A DNA stretch of 64,000 bases from Chlorokybus atmophyticus (taxonomy: Eukaryota; Plantae; Mesostigma and Chlorokybus algae): positions 763,267-827,266 of the forward strand of contig RHPI01001116.1 of NCBI GenBank assembly GCA_009103225.1, read 5' to 3'. Positions 62,561 to 64,000 of the stretch are shown here, piece after piece; within the stretch, counting starts at the first letter, position 1; every line of letters begins with the position of its first letter. The notes under the pieces are model-generated. The model was not told where the DNA came from and ran no database searches. It worked only from the letters and a program-made list of their open reading frames with translations. The position numbers were made by a program, and so were the translations under genes.

Positions 62561-64000
62561 TGTTGATGATGTACTATCTACTACTACAGTTTGTGCTACG
62601 AACGTTTATAAACATATTAAGGGTCTGACTTGCTTACGCTGTTGCATGATACATACATTTCGCTTATCAGCATATTGCGTCATAATATAGACACACCTTA
62701 CCAAGTATAGCTTTACGTGTATATGTTATTGAACACATAGATGTCAAATAGCAGATAGTAGACTGATAACTGTCCCTGCAGCATGCATTATTCTACGCAG
62801 TGTCCAATGGGGAAATGCGTTGGGCGGTTAAATAATTATGGTAGTGGTATTATTGAAGATCGAAGCCTTATTTGCATATCATTGTCAAACTTTGCCGATT
62901 AAGCCCCACCTTGTATTTTGCCCCTCTACCTGAAACCTTATTTGACCCTTTAATTTTTATTGCTATGTGACGCATCGATGATTGTAACTTCTGTACCATG
63001 ATTAAACTCAACAATGCATTATCACATCATGATTACAATACTTTGGCTTGATATTTCCTTCAAGATCAACACAAGCACACTTGATAGACACATATGCACC
63101 ATATATACATGTATATAACAAGGGTTAACAATTGTGAATGCATGGTGTGATAACAAGGTAATGGTATCAGTCTTAATGACATATGACATAATGAATTGAT
63201 TTAAAAAAACGCATATACATTATGCATATCATTTCAATGCATAACGTATAATTTGATCATGCACATGTTTGGCATGCACATAACATGCATATAATGACAT
63301 TTAGCTGCCCGCCTTGATGCAAGCGTATACATACATTTGAACAATCTGTCAATATGCATGGTATATATTGCCGTACACATATAAACACATCCTGCTTGCG
63401 AAAGACGTATTTACATATGATTTGAGCTGCTTCCCTTGATCTAAGCACCATTCGCACACCTCAATGTATGCACAACCATTGTGAGCCAAAGTTTTGCTTA
63501 CATGGAGCTCGTATTGTACTGGATGACTTCAGCCAGAGCGACATCGACTTCATTTAGGGAAGTCAACATCGAGTCTCACAGGGGTTTAGTTCATCATGAT
63601 TAACATGATGATGCGCCGCTTTGGCTCTGCACCAAAAAGGCCAAGGCAGGCAACCGGAGCAGGAAGCTAAGCACAGCGCCCCGCGCAACGGATAGAGCCC
63701 AAACAGCAACGCGCAGCGTTCTGGGCTGTCAGACGGTCAGGAGTTCGTTCTGATCCGTCGCGGCCGAATCCACGTGATACGCTCCCCACATCACCCTAAC
63801 AAACCAAACATCATAGCCACATGCTGGCTCGTAATTTATGAGTCATAAAGCCCATTCTCAGCTACATAGTGTTAACATCGAATGTCATAACCTGTTGTTA
63901 TGCAGGGAGGGAATGAGGTGGAGTCATCAGGCAGCGCTTACCTCAATCAAATTGGGTAGGGCAAGGCAAGGGTGGGGATTAGGAAGAAATTCCGTACCTG

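Noticed and set aside
63529-63597. Possible C/D-box snoRNA on the minus strand (ATGATGA...CTGA, 69 nt)
   Set aside because: No convincing terminal stem, and I could not recognise an rRNA or snRNA antisense guide. It would need an Infernal/snoscan search.

Overview
This is eukaryotic, intron-rich DNA with GT-AG introns and CA/GT microsatellites. Plastid transit peptides, TRX-f and DPE2 point to a green alga, probably streptophyte-like (inference). Positions 1-28 kb are gene-dense: a UPF0047/YjbQ-family gene (-), an oxysterol-binding protein with a PH domain (+), a GH1 glycosidase with a C-terminal membrane anchor (+), DPE2 4-alpha-glucanotransferase (-), thioredoxin f (+), and an intact 11-exon gene for a secreted, bacterial-type PQQ-dependent sugar dehydrogenase with PKD and DUF1349-like domains (-; horizontal transfer candidate). 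Positions 28-58 kb are a transposon graveyard: two copies of a ~505-bp TRIM, a Tc1/mariner-type MITE, a decayed Crypton-like tyrosine-recombinase element, an RLE-type LINE fragment, a decayed chromovirus (Ty3/Gypsy) and a hAT remnant. A UDP-glucuronate 4-epimerase gene (+) lies at 58-61 kb. The most unusual structure is a TRIM-Gypsy chimera (43725-50883) with different left and right termini but a single shared 5-bp TSD (AAAGA). All calls were made by eye from motifs, with no database search, and exon boundaries were read manually.
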